A DNA stretch of 64,000 bases. Origin: an uncultured Acidobacteriota bacterium. Lineage in GTDB: Bacteria; Acidobacteriota; Terriglobia; UBA7540. Below the pieces are notes generated by a model. The model worked only from the letters and a program-made list of their open reading frames with translations. It searched no databases and was not told where the DNA came from. A program made the translations under genes and the position numbers. The stretch's first letter is position 1. Every line of letters starts with the position of its first letter. The stretch lies in the NCBI GenBank assembly GCA_963842495.1, contig CAWJHY010000068.1, forward strand, positions 50,179 to 114,178, read 5' to 3'. Below are positions 43,056-52,399 of the stretch, in pieces.

Positions 43056-44360
43056 ATGGAGGTTCGAAAACATCATCGCAAGAAAGAAGATTACAAGCTG
43101 CGCACACACATGATCCACGGGAGCTTTGACAGCAAGAAGTGGGATTACGACCATCACGTCGTCCCGCCGGTCTCCCATTCCACGGCGTTTCGCTTGACTT
43201 CGCTCGAGCGCGGCGCCAAAGGCTTCGTGCAATTCGCTTCCGCCGACGAACACCTGAGCGGCCACATGCCGATCTACATCTACGACCGGCTGGACGAACC
43301 CACACGGGCGATGCTGGAGGAAAACCTGGCCTACGCCGAGGGCGGCGAAGTCGGCGTGACCTTTGCCTCAGGCATGGCTGCGATCAGTGCGGCACTAGGT
43401 TCGGCGCTTCGCCAGGGGCAGGAGGTGTTGGCTCACCACACCCTCTACGGGTGCACGTATAGTCTAATGACCAACTGGCTGCCCAGGTTCGGCATGCAGG
43501 TCCGGTTTACGGACTTCCTGAAGATGGAGTCCTTGCAGGAGCAGATAACACCCGCCACCCGCGTTCTCTACTTCGAAACCCCGACCAATCCGACCATGGA
43601 ATTGATCGACATCGCCGGCGTGCGCCGCCTCTCGGACCAGGTCAATTCCGGCCGTGAGGAGCGCGATCGAGTCCTGGTGATCGTGGACAACACCTTTGCC
43701 ACGCCCTACTGCCAGAGGCCTCTGAAACTCGGGGCCGACATCGTCGTGGAAAGCCTCACCAAAGGAATCGGGGGATTCGGAACGGATATGGGCGGAGCCG
43801 TGGTTGCGCCGGCGGAGTGGTACAACAAAGTCATGCTCTTCCGCAAGGATTTCGGCGGAGTGCTTTCACCGCGTGCCGCCTGGGGTATCCTGGTTTACGG
43901 CCTGCCCACGCTGGCCACTCGCATGTCGAATATGCAGAAGACAGCGCAACGCGTGGCGGACTTCCTCTCGAAGCATCCCAAGGTCGCCTGCGTCCGATAC
44001 CCGGGCACGGACTGCTTCCCGCAAAAGGCGTTGGCTCACCGGCAGATGATCAGTTTCGACGGATCGTTCGCTCCTGGCAGCATGATCTACTTCGTTCTTA
44101 AGGCCGGCGATTCGAAGCAGAGCCGGGCCGAGAAGCTGGTGGATTACCTCGCCGAGCACGCCTATTCCATCACCCTGGCTGTCAGCCTCGGCCAGGTCAA
44201 GACTCTGATCGAACATCCTTTCTCGATGACGCATTCGGCTCTGCCCGACGAGCAGAAACGCGCATTCGGTATGCATCCCGAGGGCATCCGGGTGTCCCTG
44301 GGCCTCGAAGACTGGCACGACATCATTCGCGACCTGGAAATTGCGCTGGAGAAGGTGTGA
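43056..44360 (+). CDS. Cys/Met-metabolism PLP-dependent enzyme (O-acetylhomoserine sulfhydrylase / gamma-lyase family)
   Basis: 434-aa ORF with VVESLTKGIGGFG PLP-lysine region and an overall trans-sulfuration family pattern. Confidence 0.85.
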   Translation: MEVRKHHRKKEDYKLRTHMIHGSFDSKKWDYDHHVVPPVSHSTAFRLTSLERGAKGFVQFASADEHLSGHMPIYIYDRLDEPTRAMLEENLAYAEGGEVGVTFASGMAAISAALGSALRQGQEVLAHHTLYGCTYSLMTNWLPRFGMQVRFTDFLKMESLQEQITPATRVLYFETPTNPTMELIDIAGVRRLSDQVNSGREERDRVLVIVDNTFATPYCQRPLKLGADIVVESLTKGIGGFGTDMGGAVVAPAEWYNKVMLFRKDFGGVLSPRAAWGILVYGLPTLATRMSNMQKTAQRVADFLSKHPKVACVRYPGTDCFPQKALAHRQMISFDGSFAPGSMIYFVLKAGDSKQSRAEKLVDYLAEHAYSITLAVSLGQVKTLIEHPFSMTHSALPDEQKRAFGMHPEGIRVSLGLEDWHDIIRDLEIALEKV

Positions 44361-44367
44361 GGCAGGC

Positions 44368-44585
44368 GTCAGCCGTCAGTTGTCAGTAGTCAGTTGTCAG
44401 GATGCTGCGCCAGCTTCTAATGGCGGCACTCGCGGGACGAAAAACCATGGATGGCGACGCGCGCCGAACAGAGAGCTTCCTGATCTTGGATTTTCACTTC
44501 AAAACACAGCTTCCCGGGCGCCAGAGTAGGATCGAAGTTCGAACCCAACGGACGACGGACCACGGACAACTGACGTCCGGCTGAC
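44368..44585. repeat. Inverted repeats (gtcagccgtcagttgtc ... gacaactgacgtccggctgac) spanning the convergent intergenic region
   Basis: Read directly. The left arm is followed by low-complexity cagtagtcagttgtcag. Confidence 0.6.
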
Positions 44586-44586
44586 T

Positions 44587-45768
44587 CTATTTCCCCGCCC
44601 CCACGCTAGCCTGCGTGGCGATTCGCTCGTTCCGCAGAACTTCACGGTAGAAGCGCCCGGCGATTTCCGCGGCGTGCGGACCGAACATCATGCGTCCGCC
44701 GCGCAGGAGAACCACGGCCACATACTTGGGCTGCTGCTCCTGGGCGTAGGAGACAAACCAGCCCAGTCGCGCACCGTCTTCGCTGCACGTCCCGGTCTTT
44801 CCGTAGATCTGCACTTCGGGGTCGTAGGCCGAGTGACCCGTTCCGTAGAGCACCGCCGCCTCGAGGCCAGCTTTGACTTGGGGCAGGTACTGGACCAGAT
44901 CACTCAACTGGCGCCGGACTTTGGGCTCGAATTCAGAAAGTTCATCTGCGCTGCGCGGGTATTGCAGTTCGTACAGCGTACCCCCGTTGGCGACGGCTGA
45001 AATCACTGCGGCCATTTGAAGCGGGGTCACTTCCATGTCCATCCCGTAGTAAGCCAAATAGCCGGCCCCGCCTTCTTTGGGGGCAGTGGCTGGGAATTTT
45101 CCAGGTGACTCACCCGGGATGTCTTCGCTGGTTTTCTCGCCCAAATCGAACTCATGAGCATATTGCGCCAGTCGCGTGAATCCCAGCATCTCACCCAGTT
45201 TATGGAAGAATACGTTATTAGAGCGGGCCAGCGCCTCAGTAAGGTCCATCCGCTGACGGTTGCCGACGTAGAGTTTGGTGGAGGGGGTGATGATGCCTTC
45301 CTTCAGGGCGGCCAATGCCACTACAGGCTTAAAAGTCGAGCAAGGTGTGAAACCGCTGGAAAGCGCCAGCTTTTGATTGATGATGCTGAGAACACGCCCC
45401 GTATTGGGGTTCACGACGACCAGGCTGCCGTTCCAGTTGCCCAGAGCCGTCAGAGCCGCCTGGCGCACGGCGGGATCGTCGCCGACCGGGTTGTCTTCCG
45501 CCGCCGGCTCGCCGAACGAGCTGAAGCGATACCCGGCGTCACTTCTCATTCGGCGCCGGTTGCGTCTGCGATAGACTGCCGATCGAGTCGGTGAGTTTAG
45601 CTTCCGCGCGGTGTGGAGCTTGGAAGCGGAGGGTTTCTTAAGAGAGGATCGCGCGCGTGAGGACGCCGTCGAGGATGGAGTCTGGGAGTTCAGCGCGACC
45701 CCGGAGCGGGTGTTCATTGCAAACAGGAAAAAAGTGGCCACAGCCAGTATGGCTAATCGTTTACACAA
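44587..45768 (-). CDS. Penicillin-binding transpeptidase-domain protein
   Basis: 393-aa ORF with the three active-site motifs STFK, SNN and KTGT. Confidence 0.85.
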   Translation of the reverse strand: MCKRLAILAVATFFLFAMNTRSGVALNSQTPSSTASSRARSSLKKPSASKLHTARKLNSPTRSAVYRRRNRRRMRSDAGYRFSSFGEPAAEDNPVGDDPAVRQAALTALGNWNGSLVVVNPNTGRVLSIINQKLALSSGFTPCSTFKPVVALAALKEGIITPSTKLYVGNRQRMDLTEALARSNNVFFHKLGEMLGFTRLAQYAHEFDLGEKTSEDIPGESPGKFPATAPKEGGAGYLAYYGMDMEVTPLQMAAVISAVANGGTLYELQYPRSADELSEFEPKVRRQLSDLVQYLPQVKAGLEAAVLYGTGHSAYDPEVQIYGKTGTCSEDGARLGWFVSYAQEQQPKYVAVVLLRGGRMMFGPHAAEIAGRFYREVLRNERIATQASVGAGK

Positions 45769-46007
45769 GGTTGTAATCAGGACCTCCTTGGTTTAAGTCG
45801 AGTTGGATAAGCTCCCACCCCGGAAGCTGGCGACTGCCGGTGGGGAGAAACTCCGAAATTTCCAAAATCCGTTAAGACAGATCAGCTTTCGCGTCTGCGG
45901 CTCGACCCAGATGTCGAGTTGGTAGTGCAGACTTATTACTAACATCGGCGGGTTTTCCGGAATGTTCAATCCCGGAGCCGCAGGTCTGCACCACCCTCAG
46001 CCTGCGC

Positions 46008-47066
46008 TTACTTCTTACCCTTTGCGGCCGCGGCGCTTTCCGCCGCGGCAGCAGCATCAGGGGACGCCGGCAGGTTGAGCGCTTTACGCACTTCCACGTC
46101 AAGCTTCTTGCGCACGTCAGGATTGTCGCGCAAGAATTGCTTGGCGTTTTCGCGGCCTTGCCCGATGCGCTCACCTCCGTAGGAGAACCACGCCCCACTT
46201 TTTTCGAGGATATTGCGCTCCGCGGCTACGTCGATCAGATCACCTTCTTTTGAGATCCCCTCGCCATATATAATATCAAATTCTGCCTCCCGAAAGGGAG
46301 CGGCCATTTTGTTTTTGACGATTTTTACCTTGGTCCGATTGCCCACCACCCGTTCACCATCCTTGATGGAGGCAATACGCCGGATGTCCACGCGCACGGA
46401 GGAATAGAACTTCAGCGCCCGGCCGCCAGTGGTGGTTTCGGGGTTGCCGAACATTACACCGATTTTCTCGCGAATCTGGTTGATGAAGATCAGGCAGGTT
46501 TTCGACTTCGCCACTATGGCAGTGAGCTTACGCATAGCCCGCGACATCAGTCGCGCCTGGAGTCCGGGCTGTGAGTCGCCCATGTCGCCATCCAGTTCGA
46601 CCTTAGGAACCAGCGCGGCGACGGAATCAATCACCAGAACGTCAATGGCGTTAGAGCGGACCAACGCCTCGGCGATTTCCAGCGCCTGCTCACCGTAGTC
46701 CGGCTGCGAAACCAGCAGGTTGTCGACGTCCACACCCAGCCTTTTGGCATAAGGCGCGTCCAGAGCGTGCTCGGCATCAATGAAGGCCGCCATTCCACCG
46801 CGTTTCTGCGCTTCGGCCACCACGTGCAGCGCAATGGTGGTCTTGCCGCTCGACTCCGGGCCGAAAATTTCCACCACCCTGCCGCGCGGCATTCCGCCCA
46901 CACCCAGCGCGGCGTCAAAGGAAACCGAGCCCGTGGGAATAATTTCTGCCGGCACCAGGACATCCTTCGTCCCCAGGCGCATGATGGAACCTTTGCCAAA
47001 TTCCTTCTCGATCTGGAACACGGCCAAATCAATGGCTTTGCCCTTTTCGCTTTGCTCTGGAGTCAT
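46008..47066 (-). CDS. recA: Recombinase RecA
   Basis: 352-aa ORF with GPESSGKTT Walker A, the L1/L2 loop regions and [22 protein letters not shown]. Confidence 0.98.
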   Translation of the reverse strand: MTPEQSEKGKAIDLAVFQIEKEFGKGSIMRLGTKDVLVPAEIIPTGSVSFDAALGVGGMPRGRVVEIFGPESSGKTTIALHVVAEAQKRGGMAAFIDAEHALDAPYAKRLGVDVDNLLVSQPDYGEQALEIAEALVRSNAIDVLVIDSVAALVPKVELDGDMGDSQPGLQARLMSRAMRKLTAIVAKSKTCLIFINQIREKIGVMFGNPETTTGGRALKFYSSVRVDIRRIASIKDGERVVGNRTKVKIVKNKMAAPFREAEFDIIYGEGISKEGDLIDVAAERNILEKSGAWFSYGGERIGQGRENAKQFLRDNPDVRKKLDVEVRKALNLPASPDAAAAAESAAAAKGKK

Positions 47067-47309
47067 GTCGCTATCCTTCTTAGTGGTGGATTCCCCTCAA
47101 TATGATGCGTTCTTCCCACTCGTGGTTCGTCAACCCCTCGCAACCCCGAATTCGGCCGAGCTAAGAGCGACCTCCCTTGAGTCTTTAGCGAGGCCAACAG
47201 CCGGGAATCGCTGCCGCAGGTCTGTCGGCCGAAAAATCACTCAGCTCACCCACTCCATATACTATTTCGTACCCTTCGTCAATGGTACTATCGTAAAACC
47301 CCGGAAAAA

Positions 47310-48227
47310 CTAACGGTACCCGTAGAACCCCTGTCCCGTTTTGCGTCCCAGGCGTCCGGCGTTCACCATCTTTTCCAGCAATGGGCAAGGGCGGTATTTC
47401 GAGTCGCAAAAGCCTTCATAGAGGACTTTCATGATGTCCAGGCAAACGTCCAGGCCGATCAGGTCGGCCAATTCAAGCGGCCCCATGGGGTGGTTCATAC
47501 CCAGTTTCATCACGTCATCAATGCCCTTGGCGTCCGCGACGCCTTCCATCAGGCAGTAAACGGCCTCGTTGATCATGGGCATCAGGAGGCGATTGGAGAT
47601 GAATCCTGGCGCGTCATTCACGCGCACCGGCGACTTACCCGCCGACGTGGCCAAGCCCTCGGCGGCTTCCACGGTCTGCGCGGAGGTTGCCAAGCCGGGA
47701 ACTACTTCGACCAGCTTCATGACCGGCACAGGGTTGAAAAAGTGCAACCCGATAAAGCGATCGGGGCGCTCGGTCGCAGCCGCCAAGTGGGTAATGGAAA
47801 TAGACGAAGTGTTGGAGGCAAAAATAACGCCAGGCCCGCAGTGAGGCTCAACCGCCCGGAGGACCCCGACCTTGGCCTCGAAGTTCTCGGTTACCGCCTC
47901 GATGATGAAGTTGACAGCCTCCAGGTCCGAGACTCGCATTGTGGTCGTCAGCCGGCGGAGCGCCTTCTCGCGATCATCTTCGGTCAGACGATTCTTTTCA
48001 ACGTCGCGGTTGAGGCCCTTGGCGATTCTGGCCGCTCCCGCATCGAGGAATTGCTGCGAGACATCGTTGAGCAGCACCGTGTAGCCACTTCGAACAAGGA
48101 TCTGAGCGATGCCGTGACCCATGGTTCCCGCACCCAATACGCCTACAGATTTGATTTCCACTTGATGCTCCGCAAGTAACCGTCTTTGACCTTGCGCATA
48201 ATGAGTCACTTTCCCGCCAAAAGTCAA
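47310..48227 (-). CDS. hbd: 3-hydroxybutyryl-CoA / 3-hydroxyacyl-CoA dehydrogenase
   Basis: 305-aa ORF with VGVLGAGTMGHGIAQ NAD fold and HFFNPVPVMKLVE signature. The start codon is uncertain. Confidence 0.9.
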   Translation of the reverse strand: MTFGGKVTHYAQGQRRLLAEHQVEIKSVGVLGAGTMGHGIAQILVRSGYTVLLNDVSQQFLDAGAARIAKGLNRDVEKNRLTEDDREKALRRLTTTMRVSDLEAVNFIIEAVTENFEAKVGVLRAVEPHCGPGVIFASNTSSISITHLAAATERPDRFIGLHFFNPVPVMKLVEVVPGLATSAQTVEAAEGLATSAGKSPVRVNDAPGFISNRLLMPMINEAVYCLMEGVADAKGIDDVMKLGMNHPMGPLELADLIGLDVCLDIMKVLYEGFCDSKYRPCPLLEKMVNAGRLGRKTGQGFYGYR

Positions 48228-48276
48228 GGCGTGAAAGTACTAGACCTCTCTATTTGCTGAACCTGTTGCGTTCAGG

Positions 48277-49893
48277 TCAAGTTTCTTGTGGGGCGAGTTG
48301 CGCTTGGTTGACTCGCCGGTTGATCTCGGCCTCGAGTTGCTGCAGACAGCGTTGCAGGGTTGAATCGAGAGGTGGAGCATTAGGCAGCAGTTGTGAGAGG
48401 CCGGGGCGGAGAATGCGGGCATGGACGCGGGTGAAGAAGAGGGAGGCGCGCAGCCCGAACTCCGTCACTTGGTAACGATGCGTTTTGGGAATGCGTTGGA
48501 TGAAACCGTGCAGGCGCAGCCGCCGCAGATCATAGGTCATCCGGCCGGGGGTAAGAGATTCGGGCACTTGCCCGGTGAGCGCGGCGAGATGCCCGCGCAA
48601 GTCGCGATGCGCGAAACCGTACGGCAGGAGACGGAACAAGAGCAAAGCGGTCCACAGCGCCAGGACGCGGGGATCAGTGAAGCGTAGCGCGGCGGCATGC
48701 TGTCCGTTTACTTCGTGGGGCCGATGGAGCTGCTGAAATACCTCTTCTCCCAGTTGGCAATCGTGGCTGAGGCATTGGACTTCGATCAAACGTCGGTTGG
48801 CTTGAAAGCCGATCTGCCGCAGGCGCGGCAGGTTAACCAGCCGTTTGCCGCAGAAGAAGTCGCGAGCATTGTTGATGGTGGTTTCGGTACGCAGCGCCCG
48901 CCCCTGCTTGTGATACTGCTTGATGCGGCAGGTTTTGTAGTCAACGTGCAGCGAGGGCGTGACGCCATCGGTAATCACGCGGGTGCGAAAGCGACCCGGG
49001 GTGGCGCGAGTCACACGCCGTCCGAAGATCAGTTGCACCTGATCGGGGCGGCCCAGATCCAGGTTCTCGCGGATGACCTGCTCGAAAAAGAGGCGACCTT
49101 GGGCTGGCCGATCCAGGACTTGGGTGAGCGAGAATTCGGCCTGCTGGATGGAAAGGTGGTAACGGTAACCAGCTTCCTGATCGAGGCTGGTGAACGGAGA
49201 GGGCAAGAATCGCAGCCATTTGGCCAGTAGCGCTTCGATCTTCGCCGCCGACAACGCGTCACAAATCTGTTGCAGGCGTGCAGGGTGAGCACAAGAGAGA
49301 ATGCCGTTGTCCAGGGCTTGATAGGTGATCCCTTCCTTCTCCAGTTGCCGCTTCAGATATTCGTGACCATTGAGGCAGAGCTTGGCGTTATGAGGGAAGT
49401 AAGAGCAGAATTTGAGGAAGAAGGGGCCGAAGTCCCGGTCCACGCAGTAGAAGTAGTAGTGATTCACCACCGCGGTGGACTTCACAATCCAAGCATAGCG
49501 GCGACCGGTTTGAGGGTTGCGCCGCTTCTGGGTGCGGAACAGGGTTGTCTTTTCCTGGGCTTTGCCCACGAAGACCACGCCCTCGGCGAATCGAAAATGC
49601 TTCAGATGCTCGGCCATGACGTCGTCTTTGCGCTGGCCCTTGCGAAACTCCACCACCGGAAGGGCACGGGCTTTGATAAATCTCTCAATGGCCGCCACGA
49701 AGTCACGTGTACGCGGCGCCATCAGCGCGGAAGAAGCCACCGGCTGGCCCAAGTGCCTTTCAAAGAAGGTCACCACGCCTCGCTCCCATTGCAGGCGTGG
49801 GACGCAGGCGTTGAGATACATCCGGTCAATGCCCTCGACCTGCAAGGTGACATGCTTTCGAAGCATCTCGGCCACGTTCGGTGCTATGCTCAT
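48277..49893 (-). CDS. Conserved hypothetical protein (538 aa), possible mobile-element protein
   Basis: Start taken at MSIAPNVAEMLRK. N-terminal GIDRMYLNACVPRLQ...GQRKDDV and central YFYCVDRDFGPFFLKFCSYFP resemble a family I recall as multi-copy hypothetical proteins. This is unverified. Confidence 0.6.
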   Translation of the reverse strand: MSIAPNVAEMLRKHVTLQVEGIDRMYLNACVPRLQWERGVVTFFERHLGQPVASSALMAPRTRDFVAAIERFIKARALPVVEFRKGQRKDDVMAEHLKHFRFAEGVVFVGKAQEKTTLFRTQKRRNPQTGRRYAWIVKSTAVVNHYYFYCVDRDFGPFFLKFCSYFPHNAKLCLNGHEYLKRQLEKEGITYQALDNGILSCAHPARLQQICDALSAAKIEALLAKWLRFLPSPFTSLDQEAGYRYHLSIQQAEFSLTQVLDRPAQGRLFFEQVIRENLDLGRPDQVQLIFGRRVTRATPGRFRTRVITDGVTPSLHVDYKTCRIKQYHKQGRALRTETTINNARDFFCGKRLVNLPRLRQIGFQANRRLIEVQCLSHDCQLGEEVFQQLHRPHEVNGQHAAALRFTDPRVLALWTALLLFRLLPYGFAHRDLRGHLAALTGQVPESLTPGRMTYDLRRLRLHGFIQRIPKTHRYQVTEFGLRASLFFTRVHARILRPGLSQLLPNAPPLDSTLQRCLQQLEAEINRRVNQAQLAPQET

Positions 49894-50078
49894 CTGGGCT
49901 CCGTTTGCTGGACCACCGGCCTGAAGGCCAACCACCGCCTCGCGCGGTCCATGAGCGGGGGGACACCCCACCCGTTTTCACGTCCACGAACGGAGCCTTA
50001 CTTTACACGCTTTGTGGGTCTGAGGCGAAGCCTCGTTAGTACTTAATGACGGAATACGCCGTGATAACGTGGCCGCTT

Positions 50079-50216
50079 GGAAGGGCGGGGCTTCAGCCCC
50101 GCCGCCTGCGCGAACCCGACGAGTTGGGCCTTTAGGCCCTGAAGCAGTGTTGCCTCAGGGGCTAAAGCCCCAAGTGATAAGCCGTTTTCCATGGCGGGGC
50201 TGAAGCCCCGCCCTTC
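50079..50216. repeat. MITE-like nested-hairpin element, family B, copy 3
   Basis: TIRs ggaagggcggggcttcagcccc / ggggctgaagccccgcccttc, with the same central hairpins as the other copies. Confidence 0.8.
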
Positions 50217-50410
50217 ACGGCACTCCGCAATATGACGCGAACTTTCGTCAGCAGGTACAAGGCGTGCAATTCGTGCAACGGCGTTCGATTCCCAGTTTCG
50301 CGGGTATGACCATGACGCAAGCTGGGAGTCCAATGATCGGTTCGCGAAACCGCTTGACACCGGTTGCGGGTTCGGAAGAAATAGTCGAAACTACACAGCA
50401 AGGGGGTGAC

Positions 50411-50899
50411 ATGGTCGGCTGGGTTTTGGTGTTCCACCTGATCGGACTGGTTTTCTGGCTCGGCAGCTTACTGGTCGTAACGCACGTTCTGGCCGTTCAT
50501 TCGGAAGAACCTTCCCCGGAAGCCCGCGCGGCCTTCGGGCGATTGGAAATGAGGCTTTTCAAAGGCCTGGCTCATCCTGGCGCCGCGCTGATGGTGATTA
50601 CGGGAGCAATTCTGATCGGTCAAAAGCCTCATTATTTGCTCGAGCACTGGCTGCACGCAAAGTTGCTGCTTGTCTTGGTGCTGATCATCTTAGATTTGAG
50701 GGTCTATTTCCGGGCCGTCGCGTTTTTGGCGGGCCGCGTGGAATTGCACCGCCGCGAGTGCATGGCCATGCATGGCGCAATTTCGCTGGTGTTTTTCGGA
50801 ATCCTGATTCTGGTTTTGCTCAAGCCGTTTGGCGCCGGCGGGTCGCCCCGGCCCCACGCCGCATCGAGTTCTGGAGTCCAGGCGAGTCTGCGCCGCTAG
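50411..50899 (+). CDS. CopD/HemJ-like (UPF0093-type) membrane protein
   Basis: 162 aa from MVGWVLVFHLIGLVFWLGSL. Four hydrophobic helices with conserved-looking His residues. Tentative call. Confidence 0.55.
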   Translation: MVGWVLVFHLIGLVFWLGSLLVVTHVLAVHSEEPSPEARAAFGRLEMRLFKGLAHPGAALMVITGAILIGQKPHYLLEHWLHAKLLLVLVLIILDLRVYFRAVAFLAGRVELHRRECMAMHGAISLVFFGILILVLLKPFGAGGSPRPHAASSSGVQASLRR

Positions 50900-50981
50900 A
50901 TGCCGTCGGGGCAACGCCGGTGGTGGCCGTGGGGTGGAGACAAGGGTCACCCTTGCAACTTTCCTTTCGGAGGAGCATGCG

Positions 50982-51215
50982 ATGAAGATTACCGTAAACA
51001 AGAACGGCTCACTGCGAGTTGAAGGGGAATTCGCAATCTGCGATGCCGAGGGCAACGCCTTCGACTTGGCGGGCCGAACCTCGATCTCACTTTGCCGCTG
51101 CGGCCAATCCGGAAACAAACCTTTCTGCGACGGTACCCACAAGCAGATTGCGTTCCAATCGGAAGTGAAGGCCCATGCCCTTCCCCCGTCTGTCCCAAAA
51201 CCCCCAACGGTGTAG
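50982..51215 (+). CDS. CDGSH iron-sulfur domain protein
   Basis: 77 aa. CRCGQSGNKPFCDGTH is the CDGSH 2Fe-2S signature. RBS GGAGGAG. Confidence 0.85.
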   Translation: MKITVNKNGSLRVEGEFAICDAEGNAFDLAGRTSISLCRCGQSGNKPFCDGTHKQIAFQSEVKAHALPPSVPKPPTV

Positions 51216-51306
51216 GCAATCGCCGATTGTCTTGCGTTGGCCTGAGTTTACAACGACCGTTGATGGTGTTAGATGTTCACGGTGCCGTCAGGGAGGTCCG
51301 GATTCG

Positions 51307-52248
51307 ATGAATAGTCGACGAGAGTTTTTGAAGTCATCTGCGGGACTTGCGGCTGCTGTTGCGGCCCGGCCTTTTCCAGGCATCTCACAAACGTCCGCAA
51401 CGGGCAGCCTTCCAAGGGTCCGTTTCGGCCGCTACCAGATCAGCCGCCTGCTGGTTGGCTGCAACCAGTTCTATGGCTACTCCCATTTCAACTCGTTGCT
51501 TGACCAACTCATGCGCGAATGGAATACGCCGGAGCGCGTTTGCGAGACTCTCCGCCAGTGCGAGCTGAACGGCATCAATGCCTACCAATACGGCCACAAC
51601 GACCGGGCGCTTTCCGACCTCGAGAAACATCGCGCCGCCGGAGGGGAAATGCTTTTGGTCGCGACCGAGACGACCAGCGACCCCGTGGAAGAATCCGTGA
51701 AGCGCATCCAGCCCGTCGCTCTCTATCATCACGGAGAAAGAACCGACGTTTTCTTCCGCTCCGGAAAGATGGACCAGGTGCGGGAGTACACGAAGAAAGT
51801 GCGCCAGGCGGGAGTGCTGGTGGGGATTGGAACTCACAAGTCAGAGGTAGTCGAATATGTTGAAGAACGCGGGTGGGATGTTGACTTCTACATGCTCTGC
51901 GCCTACAACCGCACTCGAACCTCCGAGGAACTTCGCAAGTTGCTGGGCGTTGTGCCGGAGCCTCCCTCCGAAGTCTACCTCGAAACCGATCCTCCCGTGG
52001 CGTACCGCGTCGCCCGGCAGACGTCGAAGACCTGCTTCCTGTTTAAGATTCTGGCTGCCGGCCGCAGGACGCGCTCGCCGCAGAGCATCGATGAGGCGTT
52101 TGCGACCGCATTGGCAAACATCAAACCCCAAGACTGCATCGTGGTTGGAATGTACCCCCGCTATAAAGACGAGGTAAAAGAGAATTGCGACCGCGTGCGG
52201 CTGATCTTGAACTCCAGCCTGCCGGCAAGTTTGCAGGAAGCTGCGTAA
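51307..52248 (+). CDS. Hypothetical Tat-signal protein (313 aa)
   Basis: MNSRREFLKSSAGLAAAVAA twin-arginine signal. No family recognised. Confidence 0.6.
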   Translation: MNSRREFLKSSAGLAAAVAARPFPGISQTSATGSLPRVRFGRYQISRLLVGCNQFYGYSHFNSLLDQLMREWNTPERVCETLRQCELNGINAYQYGHNDRALSDLEKHRAAGGEMLLVATETTSDPVEESVKRIQPVALYHHGERTDVFFRSGKMDQVREYTKKVRQAGVLVGIGTHKSEVVEYVEERGWDVDFYMLCAYNRTRTSEELRKLLGVVPEPPSEVYLETDPPVAYRVARQTSKTCFLFKILAAGRRTRSPQSIDEAFATALANIKPQDCIVVGMYPRYKDEVKENCDRVRLILNSSLPASLQEAA

Positions 52249-52399
52249 GTCGCATCAGCCCTGGTCCCTGATTTTCTTTGCGAGCTTTGCGTACTTTGCG
52301 GCTTTGCGCGAAACCGGGTTGTCGGACCGTGGATTGGTTCACACCTTCTTACGCCGTGGGCTACACTCTGCCACCCGCTCCGCGGACTCACTTCTTCAA

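Noticed and set aside
47067-47309. LexA/SOS box upstream of recA.
   Set aside because: I found no GTTC-N7-GTTC, which I recall as the reported Acidobacterium-type box. The two GTTC present are 12 nt apart. I also found no GAAC-N4-GTTC and no CTGT-N8-ACAG. Only a weak direct repeat TACTAT(TT)CGTA (47261-47272, 47286-47295) is seen, which is not enough to call an operator.
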